NCBI RefSeq assembly: GCF_000743755.1
Contig: NW_014569523.1
Span: 1 to 64,000, forward strand
Direction: 5' to 3'
Length of the DNA stretch: 64,000 bases
DNA from: Blastocystis sp. subtype 4
Taxonomy: Eukaryota
This document shows positions 26,855-37,739 of this stretch, piece after piece. Every line of letters begins with the position of its first letter. Position 1 is the stretch's first letter. Under the pieces are notes generated by a model, which was not told the DNA's origin, ran no database searches, and saw only the letters and a program-made list of their open reading frames with translations. The position numbers and the translations under genes were made by a program.

Positions 26855-29620
26855 ATGGGTATCCCAACCTATACCCGTTGGCTTTGTAGGAAGTATCCTC
26901 ATATTTTGAAACAACTTCCGTCTTCTGATTCGAACTCTCCCTCCACCACTAATGAAGAAGAAGAAGGAAAGAAGCGCAACAAGTCAAGCTATGTGTTTGA
27001 CAACTTTTACATTGACATGAACGGCATTCTCCACGATTGTGCTCATGGTCAAACTCTCGGCACTATTCCCAGGAATAGTGATGATGTGTTTGAGAATTTA
27101 CAAAAGTAAAGGCGATGAGGGAGTGTGATTCTAGTTATCTTGATCGGTTGATTCTCGCAGTAAATCCACGAAAGACATTATTTTTGTCTGTAGATGGTGT
27201 TGCACCAAGAGCCAAAGTGAAGGAACAACGAGGAAGACGTTTTCGAGCAGGAATGGTCGTTTTAGAAGGTCTTCATGATTCTTAGGAAGGAGAAGATATT
27301 AAACGCATTGAGAGCCAACTCAAGCAAGACATGATTGCTGAAGGGTTCGTATTTCCACCAGAAGATGAAGAGGAGGAGTCTTTCGACTCTCTGAATATCT
27401 TTCCTGGTCTTATTGATGTTTTATCATCATGTGTAGGAACACAGTTTATGAAGGATCTTCGTGTTTTCTTGGATTATTATGTCTCCAAAACTCTTCAAAG
27501 GAACCCTAATCTCCGTGATTTGAATGTTATCGTAAGTGATAGTGATGTTCCAGGAGAGGGAGAACACAAGATCATGGAATTCATTCGTTCACAACGTACT
27601 CAGCCGGACTATTCTCCTTCACAAAGTCATATCATCCATGGGCTTGATGCAGATCTCAGTATGCTCGCATTGTCTTCTCATGAGCCAAACTTCTCTATTC
27701 TTGTAGAACAACTTTTCTCTGCTCGTTGTGCAATCTGTGGAGCTCCAGATCACAGGTATTTGGAATAGGAAGGGACTTCTGTGTAGTACTCGCCAATGTG
27801 CCCAGCTTCCCCGCAAGAAGTTTGGAGCAAGCGGTAAAGCGGACCGCTTTTATCATCGTCCTCTTCAGATCATTCGTATCTCCACACTTCGTGAGTACCT
27901 TGATCTTGAGATGCGATCTGTATCCAATAATTTGAAAATGCCATATGATTTGGAGCGAGTAATCGATGATTACGTGTTCTTATGCATTTTTGTCGGAAAC
28001 GATTTCCTTCCATCACTTCCTCTTCTGGATATTCGAGAAGGAGCTGTTACTATGTTATTGAACATCTATCGTCGTTTGCTTCCAACTTGGAATGATTATA
28101 TTATTCGTCCAGGTGGTGATATCAATTATGTTCAGGTTCAAGCATTAATGCGTGAAGTCTATGAAAATGAAAACAATATCCTTCGCCGAAAACGGCTTTT
28201 CGGCAAATACACGGTGGGGAATCTAGAACGACCTACTGATCGAGATGAATCGAAAGAGTTAGAATCAGGAGAAGAAGAAAGTGTGACCCTCGTTAATTTG
28301 TTCATCAAGACGATGATTGATAATGTTGCTAAGAGTGGTAAGGAGAGTGTTGATTATGTGAGAACTATTCAAGTGTATGAAATTGAATCGTAAATCAGAG
28401 ATAGATTTGATCTTCGTCTCCGTCAACTTGTCAAACAATACTTTGACAATGTACCGAAGAATGATGTTTCTAATGAAGCTTGTATTTATCTCTAGGTTGA
28501 TTATAGTCATGCAAATTGGGCTGATGAGTATTATCGTAAGAAGATGGGAATCGAGCCTCAAGATCGGGTTTCCATCGAGCGAGTGTGCCAAGAGTAATGC
28601 CTCTTCTCTTGATGTTATCTAGATATATGCTTGGATTATCATGGATCATGCGTTATTACTGCAAAGGATGTGTATCATGGGATTGGTATTATCCCCAACA
28701 TTATGCTCCTCTTCTACGAGATCTCTCTGCTATGAATAATGTGACTGTTTCCTTTACTCAAGGGAAACCGTTAAGTAAGCTTGAAGCTGGAATTGCTGTA
28801 TATTCTCTCTCTCTTTCTCATTAATAGACTCGGACTCCTTTTGCTTCGATTTTGCCACCTGAACTGGAACAGCTAGTCTCATCTCCTAATTCAAAGTTAG
28901 CCAAGTTTTATCCCACTTCTGTATTTCCTTCATTCTATCTCTGATTCCTAGTTTACTATTGATGGGAATGGAAAGCGAGCTCGATGGATGGGTGTGGCTC
29001 GAATTCCCTTGCTGGATTTTGATCTTCTACATTCCGAAGTAGAACGCATTCGACCTACACTTCCTGCAGCTCTACTGGAGCGTGATCAATCTGGAAGCAC
29101 ATGTCTCTTCTTTCATAAGAATCACAGTGTATTGAAGTCTCTATATAAGGATTCTGCCTTTGAAGTACCTACTGGACCACATACGATTGCCGGTGTTCTG
29201 ACTCCAACCAAGATGAGTATACATGCTAACAAAGTATTAGAAATAGAGGATGTGAAGTGTCTCGATGAACGATTTCCTAGAGTAGTAGTGAACAACGTGT
29301 TGTGTTGTTCGTATGAAGCACCGAAGATTGATGTATCCAAGTTATCATGTCTATTGCCTGGAGCTGTGAAGATGTCTAGCGAATTAGGAAAGCGAGATAT
29401 GGAGATTCGGGAACCAAGGAATTGGATGGGTGTGACAATAAGTGATTTGGGTCGTGGATATGCTTGGTCTGATTATATTCAATTAGTAGTGTTGATATGA
29501 GAGTTTGAAGATTAGAGGTTCTATCATACGCGAGTAGAGAGGCAAATGACAGTGAAATCGTATTCATTGTTTCAGAAAATGCTTTGCTTTTCTCAGAAGG
29601 CATTGAGATATATTCACTAA
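26855..29620 (+). CDS. 5'-3' exoribonuclease, XRN2/Rat1-like, with CCHC knuckle
   Basis: MGIP, FDNFYIDMNGILH, DGVAPRAK, VPGEGEHKIMEFIR, HGLDADL, GNDFLP and SWDWYYPQHYAP. Knuckle CAICGAPDHSTRQC spans an intron. The 3' end is 29500, or 29620 via a 30-nt intron at 29486-29515. Confidence 0.9.
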
Positions 29621-29656
29621 CGTCCTTTATCCTCTTTCTTGTTGCAAACAGATATC

Positions 29657-30103
29657 TTATCGGAACATTCTCCACAGGATAATAAATACAATAACCATAA
29701 ATACAACTAAAATACAAATCCCCGAACTGCCCGATGCCGACATAGCTTCCCCTATTCTTGACATGGTACGTCTAAAGTCATTTCCAAGTCCTCCCATTGA
29801 CTTTTCCTACACTTCAGACTCATTTAATAGAACTCACCATTTCGTCTAGAAATCGGTTCTGACTGCGAACTTCAGTACCAATGTCTACTGCTAACTAGAT
29901 TCATAGGATACTGGATAATACCTACACTGCGAAGTGAATTCACTCTTTCGTTTAACAAAGCTACTCGTTCATCGTTCTCCTTCTCCAACAATGATTGGGT
30001 ACTTTTATCCCGTTTGTTGATGCCCCCACTCTACACATCAAATTCACGTTCAAGTTCCTATTTCTAAGAGATCATACTTATCCTGTTGATTATTTCGACG
30101 CAT
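29657..30103 (-). CDS. BET1: BET1-like Qc-SNARE (absent from the ORF track)
   Basis: Spliced translation: QSLLEKENDERVALLNERVNSLRSLAVDIGTEVRSQNRFLDEMEKSMGG...ICILVVFMVIVFIILWRMFR-TAA, i.e. a SNARE motif with Q layer and a C-terminal TM. First-intron phase is unresolved. Confidence 0.85.
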
Positions 30104-30228
30104 CTCTTATATTTGTTGAGTAATAAGATAAATGCAAATCTCCCCCTTTTTTGTCATGAAACGTCCTTTGAGAAGAGAAGACGAAACATAGCTTAGTTGA
30201 CTCTTTGTTCTGAAATCCATTGATTGAC

Positions 30229-33036
30229 ATGGAAGTAGAAGAAGCACCACTTACTCAAGTAGTCTCTTAGGTTCGTCTTTCAACTTGTAGAACACGGAAG
30301 CGGAAACGAATACTCCCGATTCGATTGATATTGTTTATTCTATTGAATCTGATTATTGAATAGGCTCCCGAAGAGATCCTTCAAGAAGTGACTGAGGATC
30401 TGCAGCACAATATTCCTATTCAAGCTGTCGATTTACTACTTGAAGCAGATATGATAGATTCTCTTACGGATATGAAAGAAGTCGACCAGACGAATGTGTG
30501 GAAGATTTGTCAGTATTTGCTCCGAATTGTATATTTCCATTATGAAGCATCTGAGAAAGAAAAGATATATAATGTATTTTGATTATGGATCTGCTCATTT
30601 TCTAGACTGTTTACACATTGTGTTCACGTTTCCATTTGTGGGTAGATCGTCTCATCTGTGCGATTGTGATGAAAAACGATCAGTTTGTGATTGATACGTT
30701 GTTCTTCTGGATTGTATTCATTTCCTAGTTTCAACGAATGTGATGATCTTTTAGCGAAGAAGCAACTGTGTGAGGTGATTGCTAAAGTCCGTCTCTCCCA
30801 TTTGCTCCCATCTCAACCTGAACCTTTTTCTTCTATTCTGTCCTCCTCCTATCTCTCGGATTGGTATGAAGAGGCTGCAAAACAACTTGATATTGCATCT
30901 CCTCGTCTCCCTTCTTCCATTCTCTCCATTCCACAAGATGATCGCAATGTATGGATCACATGATTGTTTCATAACTTCTAGTATGCGAGTGAGAAGAAAC
31001 AGGCTGCTCAAGCAATTGTTAATGGTCTGTTGAATCTTGGGTTTGATTCATTTTCTCGTCTTATCATTAGACATGGTTCTGAGCAGTATTTTAGGGATGA
31101 GTCAGGTCGATGGACGGATGGTTTTGAGAAGAACAAGGATACTGGACTTATGTTGGCTGCTGCTTCTATGGGTCTGGTACCTCATTCATTCTCTCTCTTA
31201 TCCTTAGATTTATATGTGGTCTCCTTATGAAGGATTAAACATGGTGGTTTCTCTATTATCACATCCCTCACCCGATGTTCGGATTGGAGCTTCCTTAGCT
31301 GTCGGTCTTATAAACAGTGGAATCTTCAATCCTGCTGAGGATGTTACACTCAACGTTTTGTACTCACAACTCTCCACATCAATTCAGTCTTCATCTTCAC
31401 GTAGTTCTTCAGCAGCTTATTCTGCTTCATTGCTCTCATTGGCTCTGACATATGCGAATTCAGCTCGATTAGATCTCCTTCCATTCCTTCTGGGAGCTAT
31501 TCAGAATGGGTCTTTGGAGGTTGGAGTATGTGGAGAAACTGAGTCCTAGACAGCAGCAGCAGGATCCATAGCAGCTGGTCTCATATTCTGTGGTCGGAGG
31601 AATCCTGATCTGATAAGGGAAATGATTATCCGTCTTGCTGATATTAAAGCTGAGAATGAAGATTCAGTTTCTGCTCTAATGCTGGGACTTGGATTTGGAA
31701 TGTTGTTTACTGTACTTGTGAAGCGTAGAAGTGATTCTTAGGGTTGCCAAACTGAGTATTCAAATCTTCCAGAAGTAGCAAATCTTCCTGAGGTCCCTCC
31801 TCGCTATGCCAAATTCATTCAGTTGTGTGTGATGGGTTGTAGTTATTTGGGATCCCAAAATATCATTGTTATTCATCAGGTCCTGGAGATGTTGAATCGA
31901 GAAGAAGCAGATTTGGTGGAAGCGAATCGACAGAAGAAGAAGGAAGAGAAGAAAGATGCAAAGAAGGATAGTCCAATTCAATCATCTCCATTAGCTGCCC
32001 TTGGTTTAGGATTCACATCTCCTCGACCTTCTATGAAGCCAGAGGAAGTAGCAGCAAAAGCTAAGGAAGGTGGTATTCCATAATTTCTCTCATATTCAGA
32101 CAATGAATATCATTTGAAAATGATGGTGCTGGTGATAGCCATGATAGCTGCTGGTGAGCATGTGAATGAGGAGATGATCACACGAACACTGGAGCTTCTT
32201 CTAGTGTATTCATCCAAATCTGTTACAGAAGTCGTTCTGTTAGCAATCGCCCTTCTGAATGCCAGCAAGCCTTCTGTTACTATTGTTGATCAAGTCATGC
32301 GTAAGACAGCTGGAGGTGGCGAGACCAATGTATGTGAATTGTGTTGGCTCATAACTTGTAGGATTCAAACTCTTCCTCCTACAGAGTATTCTGTGTGTGA
32401 CCACTACTTACATTTAGAGTTGTGTGAATGCTGTATTGGCTCTAGGAATCGTGGCCTCTGGATCCTGTAACTCGAAGGTGAATACACATCTGAAGCAGGT
32501 TGTGGAGGCTGAACGTCTGTATGCTACACTTTCAGGAGGTGAATTTGCTCAGGAGAAGGCCTTCTTCATTCATTTTGCTCAGGGTCTAACAAGTCTCGGA
32601 CGAGTAGGAGTGATTGAATTCAATTGATTTGTAGGGATTGGTGACTCTTTCGCCAATGTGTGAAGATGGACAGGTGTTCAATTTTATTTCCTTCCTGTTT
32701 TTGCTCGTATCTGTCATGCCTCGTCTTTGTAACTCCAGTCGAATGGAGTCATCAGTCTTAATGTATTTGATGATGATGCTAGGAGCAGCAAGGCCTCGTT
32801 GTCTGATGCTCCTTGATCACAAACATGAGAATGTCGCTCTCAAAGCGAATATGCGTGTTGGTCAGGCTGTGGATACTACTGGACAGGCTGGAAGTGTGCG
32901 TAATGTGAGTGGATTCCAGACATTGGAATCACCTGTTCTGTTAGCTCCTGGAGAACGAGCTGTGATGGTGGACACAGATGAGTTCAAATTAGGATCCCAT
33001 TTCTTGGATGGATTCATATTTGCCGAAGAGAAGTGA
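30229..33036 (+). CDS. RPN1: 26S proteasome subunit RPN1/PSMD2-like, divergent and apparently N-terminally short
   Basis: AVDLLLEAD, KNKDTGLMLAAASMG, PC-like repeats, FIHFAQGLTSLGR and RVGQAVDTTGQAG...GFQTLESPVLLAPGERA. TGA at 33034-33036, then TGTTTGTT at 33039-33046. Confidence 0.85.
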
Positions 33037-33038
33037 TA

Positions 33039-33058
33039 TGTTTGTTAGAAAACAAGAC
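33039..33058. terminator. Paired 3'-end motifs for the convergent RPN1 and VPS11 genes
   Basis: TGTTTGTT (+, 33039-33046) and GTCTTGTT (-, 33058-33051) lie within the 26 nt separating the two stop codons. Confidence 0.65.
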
Positions 33059-33062
33059 TCAA

Positions 33063-36000
33063 CTACAACTTCAGTTCTTCCATTGGAATTGATTCTAAGG
33101 CTTCTTCACTCACTACAAAGGAATCCATATCACAATTCTTACGGTCCATGGTATTGGGTGTAGCAATTTCTTGAATCACAGGCTTGCTGAAGAGTCCACG
33201 TCCAATGTACTCAGCATTTACTTCAAATCCATCCTTTGCAGATTTCAACTAGAATCAAGACCAATTATCAACTCAAACATCTTTGAAATACTCAGCCTCG
33301 GTTGGCTGAGGTGGAGATGCAAAGTCTATTCTACTTCTCAATTCCATTCCGTATCACTCACTGATACTTATAAACACAATGAGGACAACCCCCTGCATTT
33401 GGATCAACACAGTTCTTATGAAATGAATGACCACAGAGGAAATGAACAGAAGGAAGGTCCAAATCCTGTTTGCATCCCTGACACTTCTTCTGCTGAATAA
33501 TCTTTCCAACAGTATAAATAAAGGAATCAAAGGATTATGTTACAAGGATATGTTTTCACAGATTGCATTTCTTCCTCCATTTCCTGTATACTGGTCTTCA
33601 ATTCCTTACTAGCTGCTTTATCTTCCTCTTCTAACTGTTGTTTCTCACGAATACACATTAGGATATATCGGCGAAGAATCCCCATATTCATATTCTTATT
33701 TCGAGCTAGAATTTGCAATGCCATTAAAGAAGGAACAATTTGATTATCATGAATGTATTGTAGAATGTCTAACAATTGATTTGTGTCTACAGTGTCCATT
33801 TCAGAGTAAAATGTTAACAATTGAATCCAAAGAGATTGTTCTTCGTGTCCATAGTCCTTACAAACTTCGATCACTTTCTCAGTATTGCCTAATTCCATGT
33901 AGTATTTTAGTAGCATTGAATACATTTGTAATTTGCGATACAGGTACAATTTTCCCTCTTTGAAGTCAACCATCTGAACTAACATCAGTGCTTGATCATC
34001 ATCGTAATTCGCTTTTGGATTTTGCAAAATTGACATCACATCTTTCTGGTACTTCTCTTCAATTGCCTCCTCACTGCATGAATCACCATATTTTGCTATC
34101 ATACTCTCTTCTACTAAATCGCGTCGTAAAAATAGTTCCAATGTCGTATTCCATAATGTCGAGTCACAATCTGAACGTGATTCTAGCATCGCACCTAAGA
34201 ACTCCTTCAGCTGTTGTGGATGATCCACAAAACAGTGAATAAAGTTGTCAGGTATACAGCATCCGTTCAATATCTCATCTCCAACATCTTCCGAATATGA
34301 CGAAGTTGGCGTAAAAGCCTCAGAATTCGGTGTACATAAATCGATCAAAAACGACGTCGTTTCCTCTGTTAGGTGTGTAATTAAATCTTTTCCATACAAC
34401 TGCAAGGCACTTGACGCTAATTCTCCAGGTAATTGCTGAATGTACTCTAGAGCCTCCCGATAGTTCTGACGATCCTCAATTTGCATTCTCAAATACGAAG
34501 CATACAATCCATGTTTCTTAGATAGATGTAAAGCTTCTTCGAAACATGATGCTTTTCGTAACACTTCTACTGCCATCGAAATATCAAATCGAATTCCTTA
34601 GTTTGAGTTCTATTTGCTATTGCATACCTGCTTGTTCAGAATAAATGAATCGATGAAGTTTCTCTTTTTCCTTCAATTTTGTATAACAGTTGATCAGCAA
34701 TGTGGTGTGTTCACTATTAGCGAGGTTTCGTTCATGTAATGCTTCTAAATATGAAGCTAATTGTGGCATTCGAGTAGCATCCAGGAATTTGCGAATTACA
34801 TAGGATGGCTCAATATATCCAATCGTACGCTCGTATCTAATCATTATCCAGAGACAGAATCACTACTCTTCCATTGCTTCTTCATTTCGATCTTCTTCAT
34901 ACAAGTAATCACCATATCTATGATATATATGAACTACTATACATACATGCGATGAATATCCAAAAGACCATTGTAATCAATCTGATTACTTTGAGCAATT
35001 GATAGAGCAATCTCATACTGATGTTTCTCGAAGAGAGAATTCAGTTTTGTTTGTAAGTCTTTTTCCTTTAATCCAAACACCGTGTGAGTTCGTGTCACGA
35101 TTAGAATCATGCCCCACACATTTAGAATGAAACTGATATATTCAGTTTTCCCATTACGAAACAATGTAACACCATATTCAATGAATTCATTTGCTAAGTT
35201 ATAAATTGTTACCACTTGCTGACCATTCTCATCAAAACCACCTACCACGGCAGAATCTTTCACCATCATTACATATTTCTTCTTTCCAGAAATCGAATAA
35301 CTTTTCAGTTCACCAGAAATACCCACAATCTGAAGTTCATTGGTATGACCAACTAAAAGTTGTCCTGGGGCTCGCAGACAACAGCAGTTCACATCACAAC
35401 CTCGTTCTGAATCAATGGACACAAATTCAACTGATTTTCGCGAATTACGAGGGAACACATAAGCCCCGATTTCTGCAGTTGTAGAAACAAAGAGAATAAG
35501 AGTTTCTGCATTCTATCAATCACCTCACTCATCTATTAAAACCTCTGTACTGTAGGTAACAAAGAGATTGGTAATGGCCGAAGAGAAATGTGGAGGGAAG
35601 AGACTTAACATAGAATGAGTAGCGCGAATTGTGTCTCCCTGATAGTAGAATACACGGCCATTCATACAGCCAAATACCAGTAATTCTTCTTCTTCGTTCA
35701 CAGCAAACGAAGTAATGACTTCTTCCTCCATGTGTTGGAATAAGTAAATGGTTCGAATACACTGAGGATTTCCATTTTCATCCAAATTACGCGTATTCCA
35801 TACTTTGAGAGAAGCATGAAGTTCTGTATCTGAAGACTCTGCTTGAACTACGCTATTTAGCAGTAAATCTTCCAGAATCCAAGAATAACGATCACTCTTC
35901 TGCAGCTGAGCACGATATTGGTTAGCAACACGTCTGGACTCGGAAGCCACATATTCTGGACGACAGTCAACACAGTCTCCAACAGAATACAACAAACCAG

Positions 36001-36294
36001 ATTCTTGACACTACATATGATTGTTTCTACCCAAAAGCCAAACCTGATACAGAAAATTAACACAATGATCATATGCATGAAATCTTTTTAACGAATAGAT
36101 TTCATTGCACATGGTTATTCCTCCTTCCGAATCACCAAAGTAAATCATCCCATGACCACTCGTGGTACATGTAATATCCAATGTCTATTCATATCATATA
36201 CAGAAATGAGAGATACTTGAAGCGAGAACAAATGGCTTGTTGGATCCGGAGATTGGACAATTTGTGTTGAGTAAAAGACGTATCGGTTCCACAT
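33063..36294 (-). CDS. VPS11: HOPS/CORVET subunit Vps11
   Basis: MWNRYVF start, KEKDLQTKLNSLFEKHQYEIA, YERTIGYIEPSYVIRKFLDA, HTTLLINCYTKLK, a C-terminal RING (C..C...VHFLCGHSFH..C) and EYIGRGLF. Contains an AT-AC intron at 33512-33551. Confidence 0.93.
33512..33551 (-). other. U12-type (AT-AC) intron, 40 nt, in VPS11
   Basis: Minus strand reads ATATCCTTGTAAC...TTCCTTTAT.TTATAC. Removing it restores the frame ...SVKT-VGKIIQQKKCQGC into the RING. Confidence 0.88.
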
Positions 36295-36422
36295 GACAAC
36301 AAACGACTCCTCTTCAACAAAACAATGAAGACAAACACTTCAATCTTTTCTTTTGAAGGTCGTATTAAGGAGATTAGATTGCAACAAAAAAAAGCAGAAA
36401 GCAATTTAGAGAAACAAACTCA

Positions 36423-37207
36423 TCACGATCGGAGAGAAGGAGGAACAAATGATTCAGGAATTGCAGAATCTTTCAATTCGTTCTCCTTAATCTCGCCACT
36501 ATCAGCTATATACACACGACTACACATAATCTCAGCTTACATTCCAAGACCATTTTGGTACTCCTTGAGGCGTTCCACATCGATCCATCATATATACAAC
36601 ATCCATTCCTTCAAGAACGGTACCAAAAGCAACCAGTTTTTTATCCAAATATGCTACATTTGCCTAAGTAACATTTCATCAACATCCTTACTGTTGTAAT
36701 GTAAAAAGGACTTTGATTTGTATTTCTTCCTGCATTTGCCATAGCTATAATTCCCGGACGATTTTGAGACACTACAAATGTTTCATCATCGAACTTCTTC
36801 CCATAAATGCTCCAGCCAATACCTTCCTACAATTGGATACCTCATCAATTTGTACAGCTTGAACAACAAAATTGGGAATGATTCGAGTAAAACGACTGCC
36901 TTTGTATTGCATCGGTTTCCCAGTTTTGCTACTGTTGTATTCTCCTGTACATAGACCTCGGAAATTCTCTACTGTTCGAGGAGCGACCTCACCATATCTT
37001 TAGTGATTAGCAACTCCCTCACCTTACAGCCCAAAGATAATTCTTCCAACCGGTATTTTGTTGATATTAATATCCATGAACACTTTTGCAGTCACATTGA
37101 ATACCTTCAACTATGAACTGCCAACTTATCTGTACTTGATTCTCTGCCCTGGTGCAGATAAAGATGATTGCCAGTAAAAGAAAACGACAATGCAGATTCC
37201 AAAACAT
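36423..37207 (-). CDS. Secretory-pathway cyclophilin-like protein with degenerate active site
   Basis: Signal-peptide-like [21 protein letters not shown], then [66 protein letters not shown] and [11 protein letters not shown]. Confidence 0.88.
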
Positions 37208-37224
37208 TCATATGAACAAACAAA

Positions 37225-37689
37225 TCAATCTGACTTATTTCGGATTCTCTCATACCATTGTTTTATTCGTTGTGACATAGATTCATCGCTTTGAAGTTGT
37301 CTGCAGAAGAACTCATATATGTAATTAATGGATCTCTACTCTATCAATACATCTAAACTTCAAATACGTTCCAAGCTCGCTTTGTTCCCGTTATCATGAA
37401 ATCAACATAATCTCTGCTCTCTGGAAGCTGATCTGTCTACAATCAGTAATTTCTACAATCTTTCACATACATTTGTTAGTTGCAGTTGAGGACTTGAGGC
37501 AACAATGCGATTGTACACAGTATTATACTAATCAATGAGAAAAATCCATGTAAAACGAACTGAAAAACGGATTTGATCATTTAGATAGAAGAACCCAATT
37601 CCAGCGATAGCTGCACCGGTAGCGAAGGAAATTGTTCGATGAAGGAAAGCAAATCCCCTAATCTTTACAACATGAATGATTCCATACAT
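37225..37689 (-). CDS. Small membrane protein, candidate MICOS subunit MIC13/QIL1/Mic12
   Basis: Spliced product of ~110 aa: MGFAFLHRTISFATGAAIAGIGFFYLNDQ...TKRAWNRSINYIYEFF...RIKQWYERIRNKSD-TGA. It has a Gly-rich N-terminal TM and a WN motif. TGTTTGTT at 37222-37215. Confidence 0.6.
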
Positions 37690-37739
37690 GATACCAAATG
37701 ACTGGACAACAAACAAACGAGAAAAGAGAAAAATAGACG

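Noticed and set aside
28175..28185. Other ATATCCT/GTATCCT strings (e.g. near 28177, 49241, 45410, 57053) as U12 donors
   Set aside because: They lie in uninterrupted conserved reading frames with no matching branch site or AC/AG needed.
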